A stretch of 64,000 bases of DNA from Klebsormidium nitens (taxonomy: Eukaryota > Plantae > Klebsormidiophyceae): assembly GCA_000708835.1 (NCBI GenBank), contig DF237139.1, positions 62,001-126,000 on the forward strand, given 5' to 3'. Shown piece after piece: positions 12,801-24,619 of this stretch. Each line of letters opens with the position of its first letter. Position 1 is the first letter of the stretch. The notes below the pieces were generated by a model, which saw only the letters and a program-made list of their open reading frames with translations, did no database searches and had not been told where the DNA came from. The translations under genes and the position numbers were made by a program.

Positions 12801-14467
12801 CGTTCAGGCCGGAGCCTTCTCGTGAGGAAACGACTCCGAATGGAACGGTCAGAGAGGCGCGTGCCAAAACGCCTCGCACTTCGACTTCGAAACCTTTCGT
12901 CGAGCCCCGGTCAAAACAGTCGACCGCGAATCCGCCGACGCTCTCGACAGAGGGCCAACCGGGCTTGAGCCCAGTCCTCTCTCCAAGATTGCAAAACGAA
13001 GCTAACGGATTCTCACCGGAACCCCACCGGAACCTCAACGGAACTCCGGTCGAAGCACCGCCAGTCCTGTCGCCCCGGAGGTTACAAGTCGAAGCCAACG
13101 GAATCCCAGCGGAACCCCACCGGAACCAGAACGGAAATCCAGCCGACGCACCGCCCGTCCTTTCGCCCCGGGGCGTCACCAGCCCGCGTCGGAAATCCGT
13201 CTCAAGAAATAAAACTCCAGGGGAATTAGTCGTGGTGAACTGGGACGCCATCGGAAAAGAGGGAACCGTTCATCTGATCCGCGCTATGCAATCGACGGCT
13301 CCCGTGCTCGCAGTAACGGCCCATCTAAAAGACGGTGCGCGGGAAGCCGCCCTCCAAGCCGGGTGCGTGGAAGTTCTAGGGTGGCCGTTGCGCGAGCTCC
13401 CGGTGGTAACGGCCGTCCAGAAAGCGCTCGGCATGGAAGTGGTCGGGAAACGGCGGCAATCGGTGGCGGCGAAGTATTTGGAAGGGAGGAAAGCGCTGGT
13501 TGTGGACGATAACCAGATCAACAGAAAGCTGGCGGGGCGGATCTTGGAAGGGCAGGGGTGCAAAGTGGTGTTTGCGGCGAGCGGCGCGGAGGCGCTGGAG
13601 CGAGTGCGGGAGGCGCACGTTGCGGGCGAGGGGTTCGACATTGTGCTGATGGATTTGCAGGTGGGAGTCATACTTGCTGTCTTCTGCTTGTCTTCGTATC
13701 TCCAAGGTTGGACTTCTTTCCATCAGGGCATTGTTTATGGGTGGAATTCCTCCTGGGAAAATCTGGTGAGGTATCTTTAGGGGCGTGCTTAGGACGTCAA
13801 CACGGCTCGGACAACTGTTGCAAGTCGCAGACGTCCGCATCAATTGCTCGGTAGCAGTCCGACGTTGTAGTCCAATGACATCGTCGAGACGTCATCCTCT
13901 GCTATCGACCATCTTTTACGCAGCAGGTTCCCAGCCGGCGCGGCAGTGCAGCTTCCTAATGCCCGGAAGGGCTCGCTCCCGCAAGTCATCGTTGCTTGAC
14001 AGTGCTGACGACGGGAGGCGCAATCGTGACGTCAGACGTTCCTCGTGCAGATGCCGGAAATGGACGGCTACGAAGCGGTGCAGAAGATACGAGCCATGGA
14101 GGCCGCCTGGCTCGAGGGAACGCCCGCCGAGAGCCCCGACTCCGACAAAGAGAACAGTATCGCAGATAACGAACAAGTAGCCGACGGTCCACAAAAAGCG
14201 TCGTCCCCTGGTGACAGATCACTGCAAATTGTTAAAAGGTCCAGTTCGCTGACGTCACCACAGGCTGATGTCGCTCAGTCGGGCGTTGTACAGAGATCAA
14301 AGTCGTTGGACTCGAGAAGGCATAGGAGGATGAGCATTGTTGCGGTCAGCGCGGATGTAAAGAAGGGGGTGAAAGAGCGGTGCCTTGAGGTGGGTATGAC
14401 GGCGTATATGTCGAAACCATTCTCGCAGGTTCGGTTGCGAGAAGTTCTCCTCTCTGTGTTGGAGTAG
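3891..14467 (+). CDS. CHASE-domain hybrid histidine kinase (AHK/CRE1 cytokinin-receptor-like architecture: TM-CHASE-TM-HisKA-HATPase-pseudo-receiver-receiver)
   Basis: 14 phase-consistent GT-AG exons: 3891-4112, 5302-5618, 6173-6311, 6694-6954, 7691-7876, 8200-8306, 8717-8786, 9162-9251, 9599-9724, 10185-10265, 10844-11138, 11664-11922, 12484-13660, 14051-14467. Motifs: CHASE-like QYAPVVL and PFDLGGRRYEVRCR; H-box [23 protein letters not shown]; N-box GDPNRVRQALVNLVGNAIKFT; G1 VEDTGMGI; F/G2 LFQPFVQADSSHTRKWGGSGIGL; receiver LVVDDNQINR...DIVLMDLQMPEMDG...SKPF. Confidence 0.93.
4648..4807. repeat. Diverged ~86-bp direct duplication in intron 1 of the histidine kinase gene
   Basis: GCAGGCCAAAGC...GAGCGCAATTGTA...ATGACCAGTCAAGGTT at 4648-4715 and 4734-4807. 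Confidence 0.85.
9900..10090. repeat. Degenerate intronic minisatellite with (TTC)CGGACG core
   Basis: About eight GGACG-core units at roughly 15-30 nt spacing in histidine kinase intron 9. Confidence 0.65.
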
Positions 14468-15099
14468 GAACCGATCCGAAGAGAAGCTGCTCCAAAATAC
14501 TCCGTGCCATATTATCAAGTCTGAGTACAGGTAATGATAGATTGACTGCATCAATTGCACCGTCGCCGGTAATCAGTAATAACGTTAGAATCCGGACTCT
14601 CTGTAGTGGGAGCCTGCAGGCTGTCGATCAGGCAGCACTTGTGCAGAAAGCGGGCGCAGAAAAGCGCGGACTCCCAGAAGCTAGGGCGCATCAGTTGTCA
14701 TGATAGTCAAGCCCGACATTAAAGTCCTGAATGATGCACCCACAGACAAGTGTACGGCTAGCTGGAAGATAGCTCTCTGTCGTAGAGAATCCCGTACGGA
14801 CTGTTACACACTCGCCGTCGAGCTGTCATTGCGATCAGCACAGCTCCATCGCAACTTTGACGAACAACGCAACGTAGAGTACTGAACTTCATAGACGTTT
14901 GCCTGACTCGGCCAGCCTAAGGAGATCATTCATTGACATCAAAGCTCTGCTTAAGTTGTTTGAGAATGATGCGAATATGCAATTAGGACTTCCTTGAATT
15001 GATCGATCACCACTGTACATTTAAAAGCTAGGCTATACCGTCCCCGAAATTTACATTTGCCACGTCCAACGGTCAGATATCCCTTAATTGCACTAAAGG

Positions 15100-15770
15100 A
15101 TTCAGCCTAGCTCGATGCAAGTGTGACAGCTGCAGTATCGATCGGGGTCATGGATCATGCGAAGTAAACGTACTGCGTTTCAACGGATATCCATCTTGCA
15201 TCGCGAGTTAATGGCCGGCCGGTCATATATCACATATGCACTCAATGCATGAACCGAATGATCGAGAGGTTGACGATTACTAGCTGAATGTTCGTGCAAC
15301 GGCCTATAATTCTTTAACATTCATGCACGCAATGATTGAAACATGTTACATGATACTATGATAACTGCGCGTGCGCGCTCAATGTACATGTGTGTCACTC
15401 ACCACCAGCTATGATCGGTGGTGGCAAGCTCGCAGCCGCCAAGTCCGGCATGTGATGTGGATAATCCGGCTTAATGCTTTAAGCATGGCCGATAATGGGC
15501 ACCCATACATGCAGTGCACACTTGCTGGCGTGGCCGGGCTCAAGTCGGCTATACGAACGAAGTGTATGGCAGGTTGACCGATCATTTGGACAATGGCCCG
15601 CAAATAGCATGTTGCAGGGACAATGGCCCGCAGATAGCATGTTGCAGCTTCCATTCCCGTCCGCCCCCAGGCTCGAGCAAACATGACTTGCCAGAACTCA
15701 AGTTATTCAAATGTTTGGTTGGTAAGCCATGCTAGGGACACCTAGATGAGAGCATGCATACACGTCAGCG
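15100..15770. other. CATG/palindrome-rich intergenic island 1 (between convergent kinase and TPR genes)
   Basis: About 15 CATG in ~650 bp by manual count (about 2.5 expected at 1/256 per bp), plus GGCCGGCC and alternating purine-pyrimidine runs. Confidence 0.65.
15588..15647. repeat. 30-bp direct tandem repeat x2
   Basis: GGACAATGGCCCGCA(A/G)ATAGCATGTTGCAG occurs twice with 1 mismatch. Confidence 0.95.
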
Positions 15771-15909
15771 TGGCGTCCCCTTCAGGGACATAAATTCCTT
15801 GGTGAGCAATTTCAAACAGATTATCCTCAGTGCGAGAACAAATCAAGCTCGTCTTTGTGTTGCGAATGTGCAAGCACAACAAAGCAATCAAACTCCAGAC
15901 AATGTGCGG

Positions 15910-18900
15910 CTACAATTCACTCCACCTGTCCGCGCCAGCTCGGCGCGGCCTTTGATCAATCTCCGCCGTTCGCCTCCCCGAAACCCGTCTGTTCTGCGAA
16001 GCCTCAACCGCCTCTTGTACCATGTCTAGTTCGCTCTCTAGCACGGGAAGCTCTTGCCGGGCCATGAGCGTCTCGGCGGCGCCTTTCTTTCCCCTGTCCG
16101 CCACTTCAGCAACTAGGTCGAGCGCCTCCGTAAGGAGCTTTTGCCGCTGCACGCTCGTGATGGGGCGCAGCCGGGACCGGTCGCGAAGCGCAAAGCCCCA
16201 GTTTAAAAGCGCTGCAGGAAAAACCACGAGTGGAAACGGCCATCAGCCAGCGAGAAAAATGCCTTACCGATGTGCCCCATGCAAATGACCGACTGTGTTG
16301 CTTTTCTCCTCCGTGTGAATTCTGGTCTTCAACTCTGCATATCTCATACTGTGCCGTTTCCAGTAGTGAAGACAGATAAACACACCGTCTTTGCCAGGGA
16401 ACCTGTGTTAACGCTTTAAGAAAGCGACTCCCAATTGCAGCCTCATCGAGAACCACAGATCTCAGAACGTTACATACTTGTCACTTCTGGTCTCGCTGGC
16501 CGGTCTACGACAAGCGGTCCTTTCGATCGCAGTCCCACTGATTGGGAACACCTCAAGAACCAAAGTCTTGTTATCTGTACTCTGAAAGAATCCTTACCTG
16601 TCCACAGATCTGGATTGACGGCCAGCGCCGCCTCGAACTTTTCCACCCCCGCCTGGAACAGCTCGTCCGCCTCGTTGCGCAGGTCCCCCGACCCCTCCTC
16701 GTTGCCCCGGTCACTCGCCAGCTGGCCCCGCAGGCACAGCGCCAGGCCCCACAGAGTGAGCGCGTCCGTGTCCCGGGGTTCCCTGCAACCGACCGGGAAG
16801 AATCCAAGTGTTAGCAGGTTAGCATCCGATCGTGCGACCTTGAGAACGTGGGCTCTCTGCCGGAACTTTCTCTTAGGGTTGTGAAAATCAGAGAGGTTTT
16901 GGGGTGCTTGGGCATCAGGATTTCGAAGGATCTTAAATATTCTGGGGAACTCCGGCGTCACACTGAATGAGAGGCTCGTAAGTTCTGTCGACATCTCAAG
17001 TCGATCTGGCTTTTGCCTTCTTCGGTTTCACTGATTTGCCCGCTTGCTTGGACGCTCCATGCCAGTGACTCTCGACGCCTAGGGACTTGAAGGAAGTTCT
17101 CCACTTCCGGACCGTTGCTCCGCAGGCACCGCACCCCCTAAACACCATTCCTTCTACAAAAGCACAGGTCCAAGGACGCAAAACGACCAAAGCTTGGACT
17201 ACGCTAATAATGCACGCAGCATGAGATTCGTCAAGTACCTCAAAATCTTTCACCCCAGGACCGTCAATTTTCAGTTGCAACCTTGCACATTCGCCCCCGG
17301 CTTTCTCGTTTCCTGTTTGCTGAGAATCCCAAGTTTCTCCCGTACCATTGCAAACGTTTTCTAACATCATAAGATCAACTCTCCCCCCAAAACCCTCACC
17401 AAACTCGCATGTGACCTGAACAATCGTAAAGCCTAACCCTTACCGGCTGACCCCATCGCGGCACGCGCGCCCTGCCTCCCTGAGCAGCTCCTCGCTGCCC
17501 TCGCGCAGCTCGGCAATGACGTCAGCGGGATCTCCCCCCTGGTCAAGGATCGCCTGAAGCCACTCCTCCTCCTCGGGGCTGGCAAAGCGGCCCTCTGCGC
17601 TCGCAGACACCTGGCAGGGGGGGAAGATGAGAGCAATGAGAGGGGGGTACATCGGCAACATGTGATAATCAAGCGGAGGCTCCCGGGCATCGTACCTACC
17701 GATTCCGTCTGCCCTTCTGTATCTCCTCAAGTCTCCCAAACGGCTTGACTCTGACTGTACGTCTGATCAGCCTTCTTCTCGTTCGCAGTTTCGTGGCACG
17801 TTCGTTCCGGAAGGGTTTTATTGAAGTGGTTGTCGGCTTCGTTTCTTTATTGCGTGCCAAAGCAGGTCCATGACAATAGGCTAAACACAGCTGCTGAAGC
17901 ATCCTCGAGAAGCGCAATACCAAACGTACTAACGACGTGCCTCATCCCAAGGAAGCCGACAACTGAGGGGATACCCGGCGAAAGACGACGAGCTCAATGT
18001 CGCTTGCTTTTATCCGGAGATGAAGCTTGCAACATTTGTTGGAATTCCTAGAACTCGAACCTGCAGGAATCTGGATCTACACCGCCCAGGAACTCGTATT
18101 GACCATCTAAAACCTTGAGAAGTAGAGCTGGAAGACAGTAATCTGAGTATCGCTTTTGGACGAAACGTTCTGGCTTCCTTTGTTCAATGCCAAAGTCCAG
18201 ATACAAGAGAACAGTAGAAAACACTAGATAACACTAGAAAATACTAAAGACTCAAGTCTTTAGGTCCTCATACCGAACGCAAAACGGCTTGTCTCTCTGG
18301 TACCAAAACAAGCCGACATGCGCAGAATATCGCAGACCTCAAAGAAGCACCAAGCGCCTCACCCGCTCCGCCAGCCGGTGCTTCCGAAAGAACGTTCAAT
18401 CTTCCTTTGTTCGACGCCACTGTACCAACACTAGAACTCAAGACTGTTCAAATCTCCAAATACTGGAACTCAAGCCTTTGATCCTCATACTGCACGGCAT
18501 TCGACTTGCTCCCTGAAACCCAGACAAGCTACAATTCGAAGAATACTGCAAACCTCAGACTAGCACCAAACGCCTCACCCGCTCCGCCAGGCGGTGCTTC
18601 AGCTCCCCGTGGTCCAGCAGCGCGCTCGCCAGCTGTAAAAGCGCCCACCGGTCGTCGGGGACCATCGCGAGCGCCTCCTCGAACGCTTTCTCCGCGTCCG
18701 AAAACATGCGGTCCGCGATGACCACTTCGGACTGTCCGCTCAGCCCTTTCCGGCCCTCCTCGAGCAATCGCAACCCCCGGTTCACGCTGTCCTCGTATTC
18801 CGGGCTGGTGGGCGGATCCTCTAGAGGTTCGTCCCAATTGGCTGCACCCGGCGGAACCTCTGTTCGGTTCTCGGGGTAGGGGCTGGGGTCTTCAGGTGCG

Positions 18901-21900
18901 GGGTATGGTCTATCCCACTCTTCGTCAGCTTGCGGGCCCCTTCGTTGGGGTGAATTGGCACCACTCCCTTCCCAGTACTCCTCTTCATACTCTGCCCGGC
19001 GCCGATTCACATTGTCCCGTCCTTGCCAGCCAGACCGATCACCCCAGTTCTCTCGCTCAGCGCCTGACTCATTCCCCCCCGCCGCACCAAAGTCGCTCCC
19101 CCCGTCATAGTCCCACTCTTCCGACGAGCGCCCGTTCCCACCCTGCCCCCGCCCCTCTCTCCCCCGCTGTGAATACGCCCCCCGGCCCCTCCTCTCGCCC
19201 CAGTTGTCGTCTGGCGGCTGCTCCACCCAGTCCGAGCCCATCGCCGCACTCACACCAGGAGTGACGTCTCCGGCCGACTTCGCTGACGTCAGCAGCTCCG
19301 AGTCCCGCTCGCTTTGGAGGCCTAGAACGGTTTCAGAGGGGTCGCGCTCCAGCTCGAGTTGCCCCCCCCACCGGAGGTCCGGGACCGGCGAGCCCCCCCC
19401 ACGTGGGCTCCAGTCGCGCTCTCCCGAGTAGAAAAGGATCGGCGCCTCAGGAGGGGCGTTTGGCTCCCCCCCATTGTCCCAATTGGACTCTTCAAGTCTT
19501 CGTTCCGATCCTGCAACAGAGTACAGATCGGGCTCTCGACGCAATCCTGCCTGCTCTGACTCCGACTCCGTTGCAAAGCCTGGCGCTTCGTCAAACCTTG
19601 CAGCATTATCGGCACCCCTTTCGCTCGCTACTCCGGCCCACTCGCTCGTGACGTCAGCCGGTTCGCTTCTGGCGTCAACAGTTCGTTCTGTTTCCAACTG
19701 CTCCCCCCTCAGGAAGTGTTCCCGGAACCACCTCTCGTTTGAACCCTCCCTTTCTGAAGGCACACCTCCATTCCAGGCATCAGCCCCGTCAAGGTCGTCA
19801 CCAATCTGACGCGCCATTGGTCGTTCTGCTTCCGTTTCCGTTTCCGTTTCCGCTGCCGAGCCCCTTCGCCCGTACAGCCCTTCCACACCTTCCTCTCTTT
19901 CAGCGCCCGTCATCACGTTCCCATTCCTTTCCTGAGCACTCGCATCTTCTGAATCCAATCTCGTCGCCGCAGGTACTTCCGCTCCGTTCAAAGACCGATT
20001 GTCATTGTCGTTGCTCATCCGCGGGACTGTTTCTTGAGCGTTCAAATCACCCCATTCGTGTTCCGAATCTTCTGACGACGCCCACTCGCCTAGTTCAATC
20101 GGGTCACGCCCTAACCCAGCCGCTTGAGAAGACTCCCAAAATTGTCCTCCCGCATCTTCAGTTGTGCTAACCCCTATTTGCCTGGTCTCTGCCCCCTCCA
20201 ACTCAAAAATCCACGATGCGTCCGTTAAGGTGCCAGGTGGCGCCTCGTCAATGGCCCCCGTGATCGCCACGTCAGCAGGGACGCCCGACCGGAGCTTCTC
20301 CTCGATAACCGAGAACAGCGCCTGCGTTTGCTTCTCCACCTCTTTCGGAACTTCCAATCTGGCCCCCCCCGGCATAGTAGACTGCTGCGAAGCAACCGCC
20401 GTGAGCAGAGGGTTGCTCCACAGCCCCTCGAGCACAGTTTCGTCTTCGACGAGGCCCTCAACCAAACGGACCGTTTCCGGCGCCGTTACCGTTTCCGAAA
20501 GTTCCCCTCTCACCGTCTCACCTTCTCCCTTGTCCAAAACAGCAGCGGTTGCTTCTTTAGCCGCCCCCGCTGGTGCATACGCGCTCAAATACGCTCTCTG
20601 CGCCTGCAAAAGCAATTCATCAACCTCTTCTTCGTCCTCGTCCGATTTCGCACCCTTAAAGCTCTCCGCGCCTAGTTCTTCCGTTCCCTTCTCCATCAGC
20701 CCCGGTAGCTGCGCCGCAATTGCTGCCAAACCCTCTGCCAGGACCCGCTCCATTTCTCTTGCCCCCCCTCGTTTTTGCAGGTCAACCAACCCCCCCACTT
20801 CGTTCCTCACTTCCTCGGACGCCCGGACGCTCCTCTCGGCCACCTCCCGGACACCGTCCAACAAACCCTGGTTCATGTCCGCTAACCTTTGCACGCTTTC
20901 CGCGTTTTGTCGCGCACTTTCCTCCAAAGTCGGCTTCAGATTTCGCACGTCTGCCGCAATCTCTGCCCCCCACTCTGCGATTCTCACGGTCGCAGCGGCA
21001 GAACCCTGAACCTCTTGCAACAAAACCTCCGTCCTATCTTCCGCCACGTTCTGCAAGCTTTGCAGCTGCTGAGACACGTGGCCAAGGGCACCGAGCTCAC
21101 TCCTCTGCAGGTCGAGTTCGGAAGGGTCCAGGGTTCGCTGCGAGAGCTGCTGCTGGAGCGCGTCGACCTGCAGAGGAATCGCCTGGAGCTGCACGCTGGT
21201 GCGAGCGACGTCCTCTACCAGGCGCGCGACGGCGTCGAGGCGCTGGTGCAGGGCGAGGACCTCGGCAGACGTTGCAACCTGCACAGGAATCGCTGAGCAC
21301 TTAGATTCACATTCCTTGATGTCGGCAGCTTTCTTTTCCAAGTAGCGAAGCTGGCAGGAGCAAACCTTTGTAAGCTTGCGGTCCTCCTCTGAACGAACCT
21401 GTATTGTTTTCGCTGTCCCGGTTAGGAACGCCAGAAAAATGTGTCCAAAGTAAGCGATGGCCTCAAAGTCGCTTCAAAATACAAGCAGCTAATCCCCAGG
21501 CAGCGGGCTGGTAAAATCGAACCAACGACGTCCGAGCACAAAATCGGTCAGAAGATGACGACCTATTGTCTGGCGGCTCGCTGAATCTTGGAGTTACATT
21601 GCGATGAATCAAAAGATGGCTCGTATATAAGCAGCGTGGATTCTTTTCATCCTTTGACATTCACCTTTCGGGAGAGCCGCCCCTCCATCTGCTGCAGGTC
21701 CTCCTTGACTGAGCCGGCCACTTCAGCCGCGCCTTTCCGGACCTCTTCGGACAGGTCTGTTTGCAGGTTCCGTCCAAGGGCGTCCAAACCGGCCGCCACC
21801 TGGCGCTTCAGCCCGACCACCTCAGCATTGATTTTTGTGGACACACCCAGGACAGCAGCGGTGTCTCCGGACGCCTGCCTGCGAGGAGAAGCAGATTGAA

Positions 21901-24028
21901 ACAGGTCAACAATTGTGTGTCGCTAGTCAGTCCCTCACAAGTATGTTCCAACAATCGATGCTTTTGACCAATGGTTGACAAATGAAGTTCAGGAGTTAGA
22001 CTGAGGGGTTGAGTCTGCATTTGACATTGGTGGAGGTTTGGAGCAAGCAAACTCCTTGAAAGGTTTTCCAATTGTGTTGCAAAACAATCTGGAAGCGATG
22101 TCCGGGGCGCACTGGGGAGCAAGTCAGATTTTACCACCGTGCTTGGTTCGTGGGTCAAGTAATTGCTCGAAGAGTCATACTAAAATGGACTTTTCACGGC
22201 AGACGCAAAGAGCAAGCGATTCGAGTGCGGACATAGATTACCCTGAGATCCAGATAACCTGGATCCCGATAAAACTTAAAGCCCGTAGGTGCGAAGGAAC
22301 TTGAAACGAAATCCATGAAACATGTCAGATAGGTAAAAGAAAGCAAGTATGGCATGCCGATGCACTGTGGTCATACTTTGCCAGGTCTCGGCTTGCGAGC
22401 GCCGCTTCCTGGATGATGGGGAGCATCCGCATGACGCGCTCGAGGCGCCCGACGACGCCCGCTGCCACCACCTCCTGACGGACTTCCCTCTTGGCAGCCT
22501 CAATGACCTGCACAGAAGGAGCCGCGACTTAGACTCAAAACAAGAGTATTGAGCCTCATTTCGAGCAGCCATCCAAGTTTTGTGTACGTCAAAAGACGAC
22601 CTCAAGTGTGCTGATCTCATGCATTTATGCCAGAATTCTGTGTGTTGGAAGAAGGTGTTAGAGCGTCTTTAATCGTGCTGCTTCTGTTTGCAGAGGCGAT
22701 GACGTGTTACCTGGAAACTTGGCATGGAATGAGAGAAGGGCATACGTGGTACGTTTCTTTTCTTTGCAGAGCGAGTCGAAGCAGTGATCAGAAGACCAAA
22801 AAGGCATCCACATTGGATACAGCGACATCAGCCAGACTTGATGAGTTTTGTTTGTCCAACATTACTTGGTTTTGAAGTGACTGCTGCTACGTAGCTAACC
22901 AATTGTCACTGGGAGCTGATGTGAGGGTTAGAGTCTGAGCGCAACACGGGGCATTGCTTTACAGGGGGCATTGCTTTACATGGCAATGCCCCGACAAAAT
23001 TCAATAAACAGATCAATGATTCAAAAAAGGTGAGAATAGAATCCAGAAAATTCGTTGCAGGCGAAGGCACCACAAAGTAGACAACGTGCGGTGTATAATA
23101 TCCAAGAAAGACGTATGGGATGTAATCCTAAACGCATGTTCCAGGAGAGGGTCCTCAAAAGGGGCATTTTACTATCAAGGGTCTCTCTCACCGGTCGCAG
23201 CCCCTCCTCCGTGAAATGAACTGGCCTGACCACCTCCATTGCAGTCGCCTCCGTTGCAACAGGGGTCTCCTGCGCTGCCAATTGCTGCCCCCCGCTTGCG
23301 CCAGCGTTTGCTTTGACACTATTCTGGTTCCCCAGTTTTTCTGTCGGATCGTCAAATGGTGCCTTAGAACCCCCAACCCGTGGCGCTGAGTCCCCAAAGG
23401 GGCCACGGACCATATCCAGCACGCCTGAGCGCATAGCATATGCTGCAAGCAAAAGCGACACGGCGAGGACGAGCTTGGCATTGCTCCTCAATAGGCTCGC
23501 GGCCGCTGCCGATAAGCCGAGATAGAACGAGGCCCATTTGAAGCGCGCCTGAGTTGGTCTCCTGTCTTGCCAGTGATCGGGAGTTGGCCGTTCTGTTGAT
23601 GGTTGGTGTGCTTTCTTAGTTGGAAAAGCTACGAAGCTTGCAGTGGACCGGCCCCCCTCGGCCAACTTTGAAACCGCTTGGCAGCATTTTGGTCTTTTCT
23701 GAAGGACGCCCCTCCTTGTGGATAGCTTCCCAATGAGCTGACCACTCTCTTTGAGAAAACCAGCTTTGGTGCCGCATGATCGGAAGCTATGCGGCGGCCC
23801 CTCAAAGCTCAAATGCTGCCACTTGTGGTGCGCAGAGGTCTGCTTCAAAGAGGAAGAGGAAAGGTTCTTAGTTGGACCACAAAGCATTAAGCGCACACTG
23901 ATCTGCCTGAAAGAGCAATGGCTTTGAGACGTGTGAGTGATGAACGAACCACGACTGTATCCACTCCTTTGGCTGGGATCAGCGCGCATTGTTATGCCTC
24001 CCACAGGCTTCGCCCGCACCAACGCCAT
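15910..24028 (-). CDS. Large (~1500 aa) protein with a transit-peptide-like N-terminus, TM segment, coiled coil, long acidic disordered region and C-terminal TPR-like helical repeats
   Basis: Phase-consistent exons 24028-23192, 22507-22377, 21878-21665, 21350-18579, 17610-17444, 16782-16598 and 16211-15910. The C-terminal repeats (DALTLWGLALCLRGQLASD, ADELFQAGVEKFEAAL, ALLNWGFALRDRSRLRP) resemble an uncharacterised land-plant TPR-like family, recalled from memory and not searched. Confidence 0.8.
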
Positions 24029-24619
24029 TGCTGCGAAAATGGAATCAGCTCATCTGTCCTCTCTCAACGTGTCTGTTGACACCCTCCTCCTTTCAGCTCA
24101 TGGCTGAGGCGTCATGCAGAAGTGCTCCAAATGCAATGTTGGTATAGCTCTGCAAGTTGCAACATGGATTGCTCCACATGATAGTGCTCAGTTCGAGAAC
24201 CTCTGAACATTATATTCGACTGGTTCCCAATATATCCCTTAGTCCACAGAAAAGGGTGTCAAGACGCCGAGCACAATACCTAAGTACCGCACGCGAAAAG
24301 AACAATACTTGGTGATTGGTACGTTACAGCGCCCAAAATACATGACACTACATTTTCAAGACCTACCTAAACCTCGTAAACAACATACTGGATATGTTGT
24401 GAATACCTATGGGTTATGGATCCGCCTCAGGCTCCAGCGTACCGTACGTGGCTTCAGGCTTCATAGCAGCCTCCACACGCTGCGAAAAAGCTCAAGAACT
24501 TGAAGTTGGAGGCCGTTGGGGCTGGCATTCGCATGATGTCTTGCTCATCTGCGCTCTGAGAAGCTTGAAAGCTGCTACTGGAGCACCGGGAGTACTTTCC
24601 TGACGTCAATTGAAAGGAC

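Noticed and set aside
10444-13251. Long - strand ORFs 10444-11136 and 12391-13251
   Set aside because: Antisense to well-supported kinase exons, with low-complexity translations.
19739-21304. Long + strand ORFs (e.g. 20164-21009, 20720-21304)
   Set aside because: Antisense shadows of the GC-rich 2.8-kb TPR-gene exon, with no recognisable motifs.
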